DNA from: Candidatus Saccharimonadota bacterium
Lineage (GTDB): Bacteria > Patescibacteriota > Saccharimonadia > CAILAD01 > BJGX01
DNA: 64,000 nucleotides
NCBI GenBank assembly: GCA_046350735.1
Contig: JAXLZU010000001.1
Span: 76,530-140,529, forward strand
Reading direction: 5' to 3'
A program made the position numbers and the translations under genes. Below, one piece after another: positions 46,016-56,042 of this stretch (its first letter is position 1; the number at the start of each line of letters is the position of its first letter). The notes beneath the pieces were generated by a model, which saw only the letters and a program-made list of their open reading frames with translations, did not search any database and was not told the DNA's origin.

Positions 46016-47241
46016 GACCAGTCTCTAATACGTTGCGTAGTGCTTTAGTTAATGATAGCTGGGTACTAGTAGCTTCAGACTTGCATTTGGCGGCTAATAC
46101 AACTTCAGCAAGTCTAGCTGTGGAGCGTGAGTTGAGCAGAGCAATAAGCGAAGGAAGTAAGCATCAGCATGGCATTATTGTTCTTAATGGAGACATTATT
46201 GAGATGTGGGCTGGTGAACGACCAAGCGTAGTAAAGGCATTGAAGGCACACCCAAAATTAACCCGGGCGATTGCAGACTTTGCAAAACTACCAGACCATA
46301 AAGTCTTTTATGTAATCGGTAATCACGATGGCAAGCTTGGTTGGGACAAGAAAAGCCAAAAGGATGTGGCGAGTTATCTCTCTGCCAAGTTATGTTTTAC
46401 TCTTGAGCTAATATCTCCACAGGGCAGTATACGTTTTGAGCATGGTCATCGGTTTGACCCAGATAATTCGTTTGAAGACCCGCGCGACCCATATGACAAA
46501 CCATTTGGTCAGTACCTAGTTCAGCAAGCACTACCTTTAGTAAAGGAAAGCCAAGGCAAACTACTAGCTGGTATTGATCATTTAGCTGAGCCTCACCAGT
46601 TTCCAAAATTTGTTGCCAGTAGAGTTATGTATCGCGAGATAGTAAACCGTAGCTGGTGGCTATTAATACCAATCATTATTACACTCATAGGTCGTATAGT
46701 TGTAGGTCTGGGCATTTATCAAGTATCAGGAATAGACTCTAAGCATATTTTGGAGATAATTATTCTTACTGAGCTGGCAGTATTTATTAATGTTGCCTTG
46801 ATTGTTTTGGTGCTGGTCTTGATATTGCAAAATATTCTCAAGCGGGCTAAAGGTATACCTGGCCAAGGAGCTGGCATACATCATAATGACCCTCCACGTG
46901 ATGAAGCTAAGTTGCAAATCCATAAGGGTAATTTAGGTGTCATTACCGGCCATACGCATCGACCAGAGCTAACCAAAATTGAACATGGATTTTATGCTAA
47001 CAGCGGCTGTGGTACAAAAATGATTATGGCTAGTAAAGCAAAGTTTGGTCTGCCCAAGACATATATAGCAAAGAATCAATTAAGTTGGCTCGAGCTTACC
47101 TTTGCCGATAACTTAGATATAAACCTTTATAGCGGATCTACCGTGGTAGGTGAGCAAACTCGACTAGAACGCGCACTAACCAAGAAAAGGCATAGTGAGC
47201 AGCCAATTGGGTTACAAAAACACCTAAGAATTGAATTATAA
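46006..47241 (+). CDS. metallophosphoesterase with internal TM segments
   Basis: VLVASDLHL, NGDIIEMW, GNHDG, GHTHRPE motifs. Two central TM helices. Confidence 0.8.
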   Translation: MGIRPVSNTLRSALVNDSWVLVASDLHLAANTTSASLAVERELSRAISEGSKHQHGIIVLNGDIIEMWAGERPSVVKALKAHPKLTRAIADFAKLPDHKVFYVIGNHDGKLGWDKKSQKDVASYLSAKLCFTLELISPQGSIRFEHGHRFDPDNSFEDPRDPYDKPFGQYLVQQALPLVKESQGKLLAGIDHLAEPHQFPKFVASRVMYREIVNRSWWLLIPIIITLIGRIVVGLGIYQVSGIDSKHILEIIILTELAVFINVALIVLVLVLILQNILKRAKGIPGQGAGIHHNDPPRDEAKLQIHKGNLGVITGHTHRPELTKIEHGFYANSGCGTKMIMASKAKFGLPKTYIAKNQLSWLELTFADNLDINLYSGSTVVGEQTRLERALTKKRHSEQPIGLQKHLRIEL

Positions 47242-47272
47242 AAAAAACACTACCGTTTCGATAATGTATTTT

Positions 47273-47295
47273 TTATTGGTGGCTGGAGCTGGAAT
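47273..47295. repeat. 23-nt direct repeat duplicating the 3' end of the minus-strand tRNA at 47440-47516
   Basis: TTATTGGTGGCTGGAGCTGGAAT is identical at 47273-47295 and 47436-47458. The second copy covers the tRNA 3' end plus 4 nt. Confidence 0.6.
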
Positions 47296-47410
47296 GTTGC
47301 ATGGCAATTTCATTCGGTGCTCGAAAACTACTCAAACAAGTTTGGTATTTTCTGCGCGCCTCATTCCACGACCCAGCGTCGCCGGTTCAGTCTAGTCTGT
47401 CGGTAATAAA

Positions 47411-47439
47411 AAAAGATTACCAGTGTAATCTTTCATTAT
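47411..47439 (-). terminator. rho-independent terminator downstream of minus-strand tRNA
   Basis: Minus strand AAGATTAC-ACTG-GTAATCTT plus TTTTTTT. Confidence 0.55.
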
Positions 47440-47516
47440 TGGTGGCTGGAGCTGGAATTGAACCAGCGACCTCAGGCTTATGAGTCCCGCGCTCTAACCA
47501 ACTGAGCTATCCAGCC
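47440..47516 (-). tRNA. tRNA with CAU anticodon, elongator tRNA-Met-like
   Basis: Minus-strand GGCTGGATAGCTCAGTTGGTTAGAGCGCGGGACTCATAAGCCTGAGGTCGCTGGTTCAATTCCAGCTCCAGCCACCA. D-loop AGTTGGTTA as in elongator Met. One A-G mismatch at the base of the anticodon stem. Confidence 0.78.
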
Positions 47517-47769
47517 TCGTCTGATTTATGTTTCAACTTACATTAGTTTAAAATAATTAACCTAATTCCAGTTTACACTTAAACCATCCTCTTCAATCAA
47601 AAAACAGCTATCAAATGCTGTCGTTTTTGATTGGTAAAAATATGACTGCTTTATTTTACCAGGTTGAACCTGGATAGTAAATATTTATACAGCATCAATT
47701 TGTATGTCTAACTTGAATATTAGAATTAAATTCGTTACCATAAGGGTAATAGTAAAAAGGAACACATAA

Positions 47770-47928
47770 ATGGCAACAAAAAGCAGAACCGGTAAATTGA
47801 CCCTGACAAAGAAGAAAAAGAAATACTTTGATCCTATTATTCTGGTTGCTATATTGTGCATTGCTCTAGCAGGAATGGCTTTTGTACTCTATGCCAGTGC
47901 TGCTACTGTTGATTCTGTAGTTCGTTAG
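47770..47928 (+). CDS. small single-TM protein (52 aa), not in ORF track
   Basis: MATKSRTGKLTLTKKKKKYFDPIILVAILCIALAGMAFVLY... Basic N-terminus plus TM helix. Confidence 0.3.
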   Translation: MATKSRTGKLTLTKKKKKYFDPIILVAILCIALAGMAFVLYASAATVDSVVR

Positions 47929-47964
47929 AGCTGGCTTAGCTGGTACATATGATAAAATATTGGT

Positions 47965-48360
47965 ATGCGTAAGCTATTTGATTTTACTCGACTCGCATTT
48001 TGGATTGGTCTTGGCATCATTATTTATATGTTTGCAGTTTTAACCAACGAGACAGGTAAAAACTATAATTTGCGCGCCAAAACTGATGAGTTAGACAATC
48101 AAATTACTCAGTTGCAGTCTCAGATAGAAGAGTTAGGTTATAAAGTAACGTACTATCAGACCTCAGATTATAAAGAAAAAGTAGCACGCGATAAGCTCGG
48201 TATGCAGAAACCAGGTGAGCAGGTAGTAATTGTACAAAAAACTGATACGGTTACTAGTACACTTCAGCCCACCCAACAGGTCGAGCTAAAGACTAAAGAA
48301 GAGATAGAAGCCGAAAAGCCACATTGGCAGCAATGGCGAGAATTCTTATTAGGGTCTTGA
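47965..48360 (+). CDS. septum-formation initiator FtsB/DivIC-like protein
   Basis: N-terminal TM helix. Coiled coil (LDNQITQLQSQIEELG). C-terminal YKEKVARDKLGMQKPGEQVV box typical of FtsB/DivIC. Confidence 0.62.
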   Translation: MRKLFDFTRLAFWIGLGIIIYMFAVLTNETGKNYNLRAKTDELDNQITQLQSQIEELGYKVTYYQTSDYKEKVARDKLGMQKPGEQVVIVQKTDTVTSTLQPTQQVELKTKEEIEAEKPHWQQWREFLLGS

Positions 48361-48409
48361 AAAATAGGGTTCTTTCGTTTATAATTTTCAAGTACTAAAA
48401 ACGAAATAT

Positions 48410-48484
48410 CGCGGGGTAGAGCAGTGGCAGCTCGTCGGGCTCATAACCCGGAGGTCGCAGGTTCGAATCCTGCCCCCGCTACCA
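48410..48484 (+). tRNA. initiator tRNA-fMet(CAU)
   Basis: CGCGGGGTAGAGCAGTGGCAGCTCGTCGGGCTCATAACCCGAAGGTCGCAGGTTCGAATCCTGCCCCCGCTACCA. Unpaired C1-U72. Three consecutive G-C pairs closing the anticodon stem. CCA encoded. Confidence 0.9.
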
Positions 48485-48520
48485 AGAAAAAATCCCAACT
48501 TTGGTTGGGGTTTTTTCTTT
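48485..48520 (+). terminator. rho-independent terminator after tRNA-fMet
   Basis: CCCAAC-TTTGG-TTGGGG hairpin plus TTTTTTCTTT. Confidence 0.6.
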
Positions 48521-48617
48521 GAATTGGACAAAGGTTAGGTTTTGCGACGCCAAGTTTTACTTGGCTAGTCGCAGGGGCGGTGAAGTGGGTGTAACAAGTG
48601 GAAAAGGTTTAGCCGCT

Positions 48618-48633
48618 ATCCTGCCCCCGCTAC
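48618..48633. repeat. 16-nt direct repeat of the tRNA-fMet 3' end (ATCCTGCCCCCGCTAC)
   Basis: Identical to 48467-48482 inside the tRNA. The next 4 nt differ at one position (TAAG vs CAAG). Confidence 0.55.
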
Positions 48634-48734
48634 TAAGCAAAAAAACATAGTTTCTATTCTGTCTTACTACAATACTTATAGCTTTAGAGTTATTCATATG
48701 ATAATCTGAAAGTAAATAATAATAAGGAGCAATT

Positions 48735-49106
48735 ATGGCTAACTCAGATAATGGCAGTGATACAAAACTACTTTTTTTAAAAACCGCAAGAGTGCTAACC
48801 TATATAGTCTATGCGTTTATGTTGGTTGCAGTAATATTTTTATCCATTGGCTTTTTCTTGTTATTATTTGGAGCAAATCCAAACGTTGGCTTTACTCAAT
48901 TTGTTTACAAAGTAGCTGCAGAGTTTTTGCAGCCATTTAGAGGAATATTCCCAGCACATCAGGTGGGTGAAACTGGTTACTTTAGTACATCTGCACTATT
49001 TGCGATCATTATCTATATCTTACTTGCACTTGGTATAAATTCATTGATTACATATATAACAGCTAAGATGTTGCTTCACCAAAAAGAGCTAGAAAAACTT
49101 AGCTAA
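48735..49106 (+). CDS. YggT-family-like small membrane protein
   Basis: FLQPFRGIFP...FSTSALFAIIIYILLAL resembles the YggT motif. AAGGAG RBS. Confidence 0.45.
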   Translation: MANSDNGSDTKLLFLKTARVLTYIVYAFMLVAVIFLSIGFFLLLFGANPNVGFTQFVYKVAAEFLQPFRGIFPAHQVGETGYFSTSALFAIIIYILLALGINSLITYITAKMLLHQKELEKLS

Positions 49107-49186
49107 AGCATTTCTTGGTAGTAAACCTAGGTAATATAGGTGGTCATTTAGCTTATACAAGATATTAAAAGCAGGTATAATACATA

Positions 49187-50518
49187 GTGATGCTCAGTAC
49201 TCGGCTACATGACCATTTACAGGCAACCGATCTGCTACCCCCACAATCTAAATTAGTGGTGGCTGTTTCTGGTGGGGTAGATTCTGTTGCCCTTCTAAAC
49301 ATGTTACATGAGCTACAAGATTTTTATGGTTGGCAAATGGTTGTTGCACACCTAGATCATAATGCTCGTCCTTCTAGTGCACATGATGCCCAATTTGTTG
49401 CTGGCTTGGCAGAATCGTACAATATGCCGTTTTATTTAGAAAAACTCAGTAAAGACAATGCGACAACAGAAGCAGCATGGCGAGCTGCACGATACTCATT
49501 CTTAGAAAGACTTCGTGAAGAGCTCAATTACCATACTATTGTTACCGCTCACCATGGCGACGATCGAATTGAGACAGCAGTATTTAACTCTATTAGGGGG
49601 GCTGACAGGGAAGGTATTACCGCCCTCAAAGCAAAACGCGGCAATATTTCTCGCCCGCTTTTACCTTTTAGTAAGGCCGAAATTATTACCTATGCCAACC
49701 TCAAAGAATTACCATTTGTTACCGATGAAACAAATACCGACATTGGTTTTAGTCGTAACTATGTACGCGAAGAGCTCTTACCGCTGGGCAGCACAATGTA
49801 TCGTAACTTTCGTCACTCGTTTCATACCGTGCTAAATCATCTAGAAGATTTGAACAAAAAAATCTCACTAAGACTGCATAATGTTGTTACAGATCTTACC
49901 ATAAGTTCATCCGCAGAGAGTGTCGAGCTTGCCAAAGAGGGATTTCGTAAGTTGCCTGATACAATTGCTCTTAATGTAATTGCACTCTTGGCAAAACAGC
50001 TAAGCCCAGGTATTGGTCTTAGTCAGAGCAATCTAAGGCAAGCACTTGGCTTTTGGCAAACCGGCAAAAGCGGTAGTAGCAAAAACCTTAAGGCTGGCTT
50101 GCAACTCTCGATAGGATATGATACCGTAAGAATCGCATATCATACCGACGAAACCTTACTCACTTCTGAAGAAACTGCTCGATTGCTTACCGATTCTAGC
50201 CCCTATCAAAATAAACATTTTACCATCCAAATGACAGGCTCTATTGCTCAGGGGGATGATTCTGTCATTTTAAAACCAGCAAAATATTATGTACGTTTGC
50301 GCCAGAGTGGTGACAGAATTGCTCCTATTGGTTTGCAAGGCAGCAAGAAATTACAAGATATATTTGTTGATAAAAAAATACCGCGAGAGCTCAGAGGACA
50401 TTGGCCTATCATTGTAAATAGTCGTAATGAGGTAGTATGGGTGCCATTTATTGCCACGAGTCGCAACCACAGTGTTGACTCAAAAAGCGGTATAAAGATA
50501 GTTTGTAAGAAGAATTAA
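49187..50518 (+). CDS. tilS: tRNA(Ile)-lysidine synthetase
   Basis: PP-loop SGGVDS. TilS-type N-terminal domain. 443 aa. Confidence 0.9.
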   Translation: MMLSTRLHDHLQATDLLPPQSKLVVAVSGGVDSVALLNMLHELQDFYGWQMVVAHLDHNARPSSAHDAQFVAGLAESYNMPFYLEKLSKDNATTEAAWRAARYSFLERLREELNYHTIVTAHHGDDRIETAVFNSIRGADREGITALKAKRGNISRPLLPFSKAEIITYANLKELPFVTDETNTDIGFSRNYVREELLPLGSTMYRNFRHSFHTVLNHLEDLNKKISLRLHNVVTDLTISSSAESVELAKEGFRKLPDTIALNVIALLAKQLSPGIGLSQSNLRQALGFWQTGKSGSSKNLKAGLQLSIGYDTVRIAYHTDETLLTSEETARLLTDSSPYQNKHFTIQMTGSIAQGDDSVILKPAKYYVRLRQSGDRIAPIGLQGSKKLQDIFVDKKIPRELRGHWPIIVNSRNEVVWVPFIATSRNHSVDSKSGIKIVCKKN

Positions 50519-50520
50519 TT

Positions 50521-52347
50521 ATGATGAAAAAGATACCACGACAGGTTTTTTATATTGTAGCTGCTTTAGTTATTCTGGGTGGCTTGCTTGCCTATGCAAA
50601 TTTTAGTGAGCCCAAAACTACCCAGGTGAGTATTAGTAAAATGATAGAACAGGCCAATGCTGGCCAGATAGATAAGATAGAAGTTGCTGGTGATAATCTT
50701 ACTATCACACTTAAAGATGGTACAAAAGAAGAAGCTATAAAAGAGTCAAACACCAATCTAAAAGACTACGGTATTGATTACACAAAGGTAAAAGTTGAAG
50801 CGAAAAATCCTGATTCTGGATTGACAAAAATTTTTGATTTTCTCCTAACAATACTGCCTATTGCACTTATTATTGGCTTCTTCTACTTTATTATGCGCCA
50901 GGCGCAAGGTAGCAATAACCAGGCAATGAGCTTCGGTAAGAGCAAAGCACGTGTGTTTGGTCTAGAAAAAGAAAAAGTAAAATTTAGCGATGTAGCCGGT
51001 GCGATAGAGGCTAAGACTGAATTGCAAGAAATTGTAGAGTTTCTAAAATACCCTACCAAATTTGAATCACTTGGCGCAAAGATTCCAAAAGGGGTACTGC
51101 TATTTGGCTCGCCTGGTACGGGTAAAACTCTTTTGGCCCGTGCTGTGGCGGGTGAAGCAGATGTGCCTTTCTTTTCTATCTCAGGTTCGGAATTTGTAGA
51201 AATGTTTGTGGGTGTAGGCGCTAGTCGTGTACGAGATCTCTTTGGTAAAGCTAAGAAAAATGCACCATGTATTATTTTTATAGACGAGATTGATGCTGTT
51301 GGTCGCCAACGTGGTGCTGGCTTAGGAGGTGGTCATGACGAGCGCGAACAAACACTTAACCAGATATTGGTAGAAATGGATGGATTTGAGCAGGGCACTA
51401 ATGTAATTGTAATGGCTGCTACCAACAGACCAGATGTACTCGACCCAGCGTTACTTCGTCCAGGTAGGTTTGATCGTCGTATTACACTCGATGCACCAGA
51501 CATGAAGGCCCGCGAAGAAATTTTAGAAGTACACACCAAGAATAAACCACTCGATAGCTCAGTAAAGCTTGGTGAGATTGCCCGCAAAACCCCTGGTGTA
51601 TCCGGTGCAGATCTTGCTAACATTGCCAACGAAGCGGCTATCTTTGCAGCTCGAGCAAACCGTAAAAAACTGATCCAAGCAGACTTTCATGAAGCTGTCG
51701 AAAAGATTGCCCTTGGCCCAGAGCGAAAAAGCCATATTCTTAATGATAATGAGAAAAAGCTTACTGCATACCACGAGGCCGGACATGCCTTACTGAGCCA
51801 TTTGCTACCCAAGTGCCATCCGGTACATAAGGTATCGATTGTTAGCCGTGGTATGGCTGGCGGCGTTACTTGGAGTCTACCAGAAGAAGACAAGCATTTA
51901 CATTCTATTGCCGATTTTAAAGATGATCTTGCCATGAGTCTCGGTGGACGTAGTGCCGAAAAGCTTGTTTTTGGTGAAGAAAACATTACTACCGGTGCTG
52001 AAAGCGATCTAAAACACGCCAATGAACTTGCCAAACGTATGGTAACAGAATATGGCATGAGCGATAAGCTGAAGAATCGTTTCTTTGGTGATGGTGAAGG
52101 CTCTGTCTTTTTGGGTCGCAGTATGGGCGAAGGTAAAAATTACTCAGAAGAAATGGCAGCTGTTATTGATAACGAAGTAGCCAAGCTGATTAACGAAGCA
52201 AGCAAAAAGGCCGAAGACACTATTCGTAAAAATCGCAAAAAACTCGATCTCATTGCTACTACTTTAATAGAGAAAGAAACGCTCGAAGGGCCTGCTTTTG
52301 CAAAGCTCTTTGCACCTATAGACAAAGCTGCTCGCAAAAAAGCCTAA
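50521..52347 (+). CDS. ftsH: ATP-dependent zinc metalloprotease FtsH
   Basis: Two TM helices. AAA+ Walker A GPPGTGKT-like (GSPGTGKT). SRH. Zinc-binding HEAGHA. Confidence 0.95.
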   Translation: MMKKIPRQVFYIVAALVILGGLLAYANFSEPKTTQVSISKMIEQANAGQIDKIEVAGDNLTITLKDGTKEEAIKESNTNLKDYGIDYTKVKVEAKNPDSGLTKIFDFLLTILPIALIIGFFYFIMRQAQGSNNQAMSFGKSKARVFGLEKEKVKFSDVAGAIEAKTELQEIVEFLKYPTKFESLGAKIPKGVLLFGSPGTGKTLLARAVAGEADVPFFSISGSEFVEMFVGVGASRVRDLFGKAKKNAPCIIFIDEIDAVGRQRGAGLGGGHDEREQTLNQILVEMDGFEQGTNVIVMAATNRPDVLDPALLRPGRFDRRITLDAPDMKAREEILEVHTKNKPLDSSVKLGEIARKTPGVSGADLANIANEAAIFAARANRKKLIQADFHEAVEKIALGPERKSHILNDNEKKLTAYHEAGHALLSHLLPKCHPVHKVSIVSRGMAGGVTWSLPEEDKHLHSIADFKDDLAMSLGGRSAEKLVFGEENITTGAESDLKHANELAKRMVTEYGMSDKLKNRFFGDGEGSVFLGRSMGEGKNYSEEMAAVIDNEVAKLINEASKKAEDTIRKNRKKLDLIATTLIEKETLEGPAFAKLFAPIDKAARKKA

Positions 52348-52433
52348 GCAAATTCGTCTGTAACTACTACACTCTAGCTGCTTAGCTTGACGCTCCATAA
52401 CCATAACCTCTATACTATTTACATATAAGAGAA

Positions 52434-54374
52434 GTGGAGTATATGCCCGAAGAACAGGTAGCAGAAATAGTTGCGCCAACTTGGCTAAAAGTTACTACTT
52501 GGTTATTACTAATAACCACTGGAATTATTCTAGTAATTCTCTGTTTTTGGTGGCGACAATATACCGCAAAGATAGACGATCTTACCTCTCGTAACTATGT
52601 CGGAAAGACTGATACTGGCGATTTCTTAAAGCAAGGAATGAGTGCAACAACAGGCCAGTTAACTGTTGATGGTAAAGCCATCATTAATGGCGATTTGCAT
52701 GTTACGGGTACTATTACGACAGATCAGAATAATATTAGCGTATCTAACTCAGCAGGTAATTATTATACCAATTACTTTGCCGGTGGTTGTAGTGCTCAGG
52801 TAATCTGTAACTCTACACTACTGCAAACAAGAAAAGAATTTGTTATTCAGCCAAGTAGTCCGTACGTAGTTGGCGCTACAGTTCGAGGTAACACAACACA
52901 GGCAGTCGATCTCTTACAGCTTCAAAATGCATCTGGATACTCTATGATAAATGTTACTGCGAATGGTAGGCTCGGAGTGAATAATCCAAGTCCGCAATAT
53001 AATGTTGACGTCAATGGTCAAGGAAGATTTTTGGGGCATACTGCGTATGGTAATGTATCAGCTGTAGATAATCCAAGTATACTTACACCGCTTACAGGCA
53101 CCCCTGTTATTAGGGTAAATGGCACCCAAGAGGTTGTTACAAATTTAACCCCCGGGTATAACTATTATTCTGGTGCATCTTCCGAATATTTTGTTAATTT
53201 GGGACAATCTGCTAATTCTCAGTACTTTACAGGTGGATATCATGCGGGTGAGATTGTTAGCGGTAACCCTCAAGACTATTTAGGATTAGCAGGAGAGACT
53301 GGTCTTGCAGTACATGAGGGCACTGGCAATATTAATTTAATGTCTGGTATATTGGGCTACACCTTTAATAACTCTAGTGGTAATATTGGTGCGGCGGCTG
53401 GAACATTTGGATTTCTGAAAAACAATGATAGTGGCAATATTGATACCGGCGTTGGTGCAGGAGGGGTAATAGAAAATCCTGGAGTTGGTGTAATAGGAAT
53501 TGCGAATGGTTTGTCTTCTAGTGTAATTAACGGTGGTCTTTTCGGTGGAGGCTCTGGTTCTATTGGTAATGCAAATGGGGTATCTGCTGGCGTAACCAAT
53601 AATAGTTCTGGAACTATAGATAATGTCACAGTTTATGATGTTCAGCCGGTAGTAAATAATGGCGGTGCAATCGGTAATGTAAGAGGGATTTATATCGGCG
53701 ACCAAAGCGCAGTTGCTAATGTTTCTGGAGTTAAGTACAACCTAGAGTCTATGGGAAATAATAGTACTAATCTTTTCCATGGTGCAGTTGGTGTTGGCTC
53801 TGGTGCTGCACCAACCAATAAACTTACTGTTACCGACACCACCACCAACAACGTTGCCAAGTTTAACGGTACTGGCGTAAATCAATGTACCGTCGTAGCT
53901 GGTACTGGATGGAGCTGTAGTAGTGATGAAACATTAAAGACTAACATTCTAAGTATTAGTAATGGCCTCGGTGTCATTACCCAACTTCAAGGTGTCACCT
54001 ATAACTGGAAGAGTGACCCTAACGGTACCCGCCAAGATGGCTTTATTGCCCAAGACATCCAAAAGATCTTACCCGAACTCGTTACTACCGACTCTAACGG
54101 TAAACTCTCTCTTAACAAAGACGGTATTATGCCCTTTATTGTAGAAGCCATAAAAGAACAAAACGGCAACTTAGACAAAACCAACCAACAACTCTCTGAC
54201 CAAGGTATTAAACTCACTAGCCTGAGTGATGAGTTGGTGGCACTGACGAAGCGGGTAGATCAGCATGATGTGGATATAGAACAATTAAAGGCGCAAGTAC
54301 AACAACTAAATAGTCGTCTGCAAAAACTCGAACCAGCGAATACTAATTCTACTAACACTACTACAACACCATAA
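52434..54374 (+). CDS. membrane-anchored tail-fibre-like surface protein with C-terminal intramolecular-chaperone (peptidase S74-type) domain
   Basis: N-terminal TM helix. About 400 aa of Gly/Asn/Ser-rich beta-repeat region (SGNIGAAAGTFGF..., SGNIDTGVGAGG...). C-terminus SSDETLKTNI...GVTYNWKSD...GFIAQDIQKILPELV...GIMPFIVEAIKEQ matches the phage tail-fibre chaperone/autoproteolytic domain. Start may be the GTG at 52434 or the ATG at 52443. Confidence 0.72.
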   Translation: MEYMPEEQVAEIVAPTWLKVTTWLLLITTGIILVILCFWWRQYTAKIDDLTSRNYVGKTDTGDFLKQGMSATTGQLTVDGKAIINGDLHVTGTITTDQNNISVSNSAGNYYTNYFAGGCSAQVICNSTLLQTRKEFVIQPSSPYVVGATVRGNTTQAVDLLQLQNASGYSMINVTANGRLGVNNPSPQYNVDVNGQGRFLGHTAYGNVSAVDNPSILTPLTGTPVIRVNGTQEVVTNLTPGYNYYSGASSEYFVNLGQSANSQYFTGGYHAGEIVSGNPQDYLGLAGETGLAVHEGTGNINLMSGILGYTFNNSSGNIGAAAGTFGFLKNNDSGNIDTGVGAGGVIENPGVGVIGIANGLSSSVINGGLFGGGSGSIGNANGVSAGVTNNSSGTIDNVTVYDVQPVVNNGGAIGNVRGIYIGDQSAVANVSGVKYNLESMGNNSTNLFHGAVGVGSGAAPTNKLTVTDTTTNNVAKFNGTGVNQCTVVAGTGWSCSSDETLKTNILSISNGLGVITQLQGVTYNWKSDPNGTRQDGFIAQDIQKILPELVTTDSNGKLSLNKDGIMPFIVEAIKEQNGNLDKTNQQLSDQGIKLTSLSDELVALTKRVDQHDVDIEQLKAQVQQLNSRLQKLEPANTNSTNTTTTP

Positions 54375-54451
54375 TTTGCTAAATAATTATTAAGAATATT
54401 CGTTTTATATTTGCTTACGCAACAGGTATACTACTGGTATAATACCTATCA

Positions 54452-55966
54452 GTGAAAGATATTCTCAAACATATAAATAAATCGCGCACACTTGGTGTTG
54501 CAGCGTTTTTGATTTCGCTCAGTTATATGCTGAGTCGAGTTTTGGGTCTTGTACGTGATAGGCTCTTAGCAAGTAATTTTGGTGTATCTGCTAGTACCGA
54601 TGCGTATACAGCTGCTTTTCGTATTCCGGACTTGTTGTTTACTATTCTGGTATCGGGTGCCTTTGCAGTATCATTTATACCGGTATTCATTGGTTATATA
54701 GAAAAGAAGAAGGCAGCAGAAGGTTGGCATATTGCTTCATCACTGTTGAACATTTTTTCTATTGCTACTCTTAGCTTGGCAGTCATTGCCTTTATCTTGG
54801 CACCATATCTTGTAAAAGTCTTGGCACCAGGTTTTGATCAGCAGAGATTTGAGTTAACAGTAAATCTTACTCGTATAATGCTAATCACTCCTTTTTTATT
54901 TTCTATATCTTCGGTTTTTGGTGCAGTACAACAATCGTTTAATCGATTTACCTTATTTGCACTTGCTAGTGTTTTTTATAATATCGGAATTATTGTCGGT
55001 ATAATATTTTTCTCCAAACTATTTCCTGCTCAACCTATCTATGGTGTAGCTTATGGTGTAGTGTTTGGTACGGCATTACAGACAGCTGTACAAATCTTTG
55101 GCGTAATTGGTCTTGGATGGAAGTATAAGTTTAGTTTTGATTTTTGGCACCCTGGTGTTATTCGAGTTATTAAACTCATGATTCCACGCTCTATTGACTT
55201 AGCAATAGATCAGTTTAACTACATTATCGAGACGGCTATTGGGTCGCACTTAACTGTTGGTAGTTTATCTTCGTATTATTATGCAAATAACTTAAAAAAT
55301 GTACCCTTAGGTATATTTGGTACAGCTATTGCAACGGCAGTGTTTCCAAGTTTAATTCGGGCTGCAAAATCGAAAGACAAATCTAAACTACCAAGGGCAA
55401 TTGTTACAGATATGAGTCTGGTGTTGTTTTTTGTAGTGCCGAGTGCCGCTATTGCGATAGTTATGCGTGGATACATAGTTAGGTTGCTTTTTGGGTTTGG
55501 AGACCAAGCTACCGCCGACACTCTTGGCTGGCTGGCCGGATCGATTGTAGCAACCAGTATGTTTTTCTTAGTGGCTCGTATATTTTACGCACTCGAAGAT
55601 ACACTCACACCACTACTTACTAGTCTCAGCTCTATTGCAATAAATATCTTCTTTAGCATAATTTTAACCAAACGGTTTGGCGTTTCTGGTCTGGGAATGG
55701 CACTTAGTATTGCAACTTTTTACGAACTCATTTTATTAATGATAATCTTGCGATTTAAAATAGGCGATTACGGGTATCGTTCTATTACTATAGTGGCTTC
55801 TAAGCTAGTTATAGCAAGTTTAATAATGAGTGGTGTAATGTATCTACTTATTTTAAGAGTATTCCCATTATACAAAGCAGATGTTGGCTTCTTACATATT
55901 GCACCAAATTTTATTGTTATCTCGTTAGTAGGCGTTACAGTATTCTTTGTCTTAGCAAAATTCTAA
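54452..55966 (+). CDS. murJ: lipid II flippase MurJ
   Basis: 504 aa, 14 TM helices. MurJ/MviN N-terminal LGLVRDRLLAS. GTG start. Extended -10 TGGTATAAT at 54436-54444. Confidence 0.85.
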   Translation: MKDILKHINKSRTLGVAAFLISLSYMLSRVLGLVRDRLLASNFGVSASTDAYTAAFRIPDLLFTILVSGAFAVSFIPVFIGYIEKKKAAEGWHIASSLLNIFSIATLSLAVIAFILAPYLVKVLAPGFDQQRFELTVNLTRIMLITPFLFSISSVFGAVQQSFNRFTLFALASVFYNIGIIVGIIFFSKLFPAQPIYGVAYGVVFGTALQTAVQIFGVIGLGWKYKFSFDFWHPGVIRVIKLMIPRSIDLAIDQFNYIIETAIGSHLTVGSLSSYYYANNLKNVPLGIFGTAIATAVFPSLIRAAKSKDKSKLPRAIVTDMSLVLFFVVPSAAIAIVMRGYIVRLLFGFGDQATADTLGWLAGSIVATSMFFLVARIFYALEDTLTPLLTSLSSIAINIFFSIILTKRFGVSGLGMALSIATFYELILLMIILRFKIGDYGYRSITIVASKLVIASLIMSGVMYLLILRVFPLYKADVGFLHIAPNFIVISLVGVTVFFVLAKF

Positions 55967-56042
55967 GGGTAGCTCAGGCAGATATGATGCCCGGCGATGT
56001 CTTGCATCCGGTAAAAAGTATTGCGTCGAGGAAGGTTTTAAT

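Noticed and set aside
47301-47483. 60-aa + strand ORF
   Set aside because: Runs antisense through the tRNA 3' duplication, terminator and tRNA gene. Spurious.
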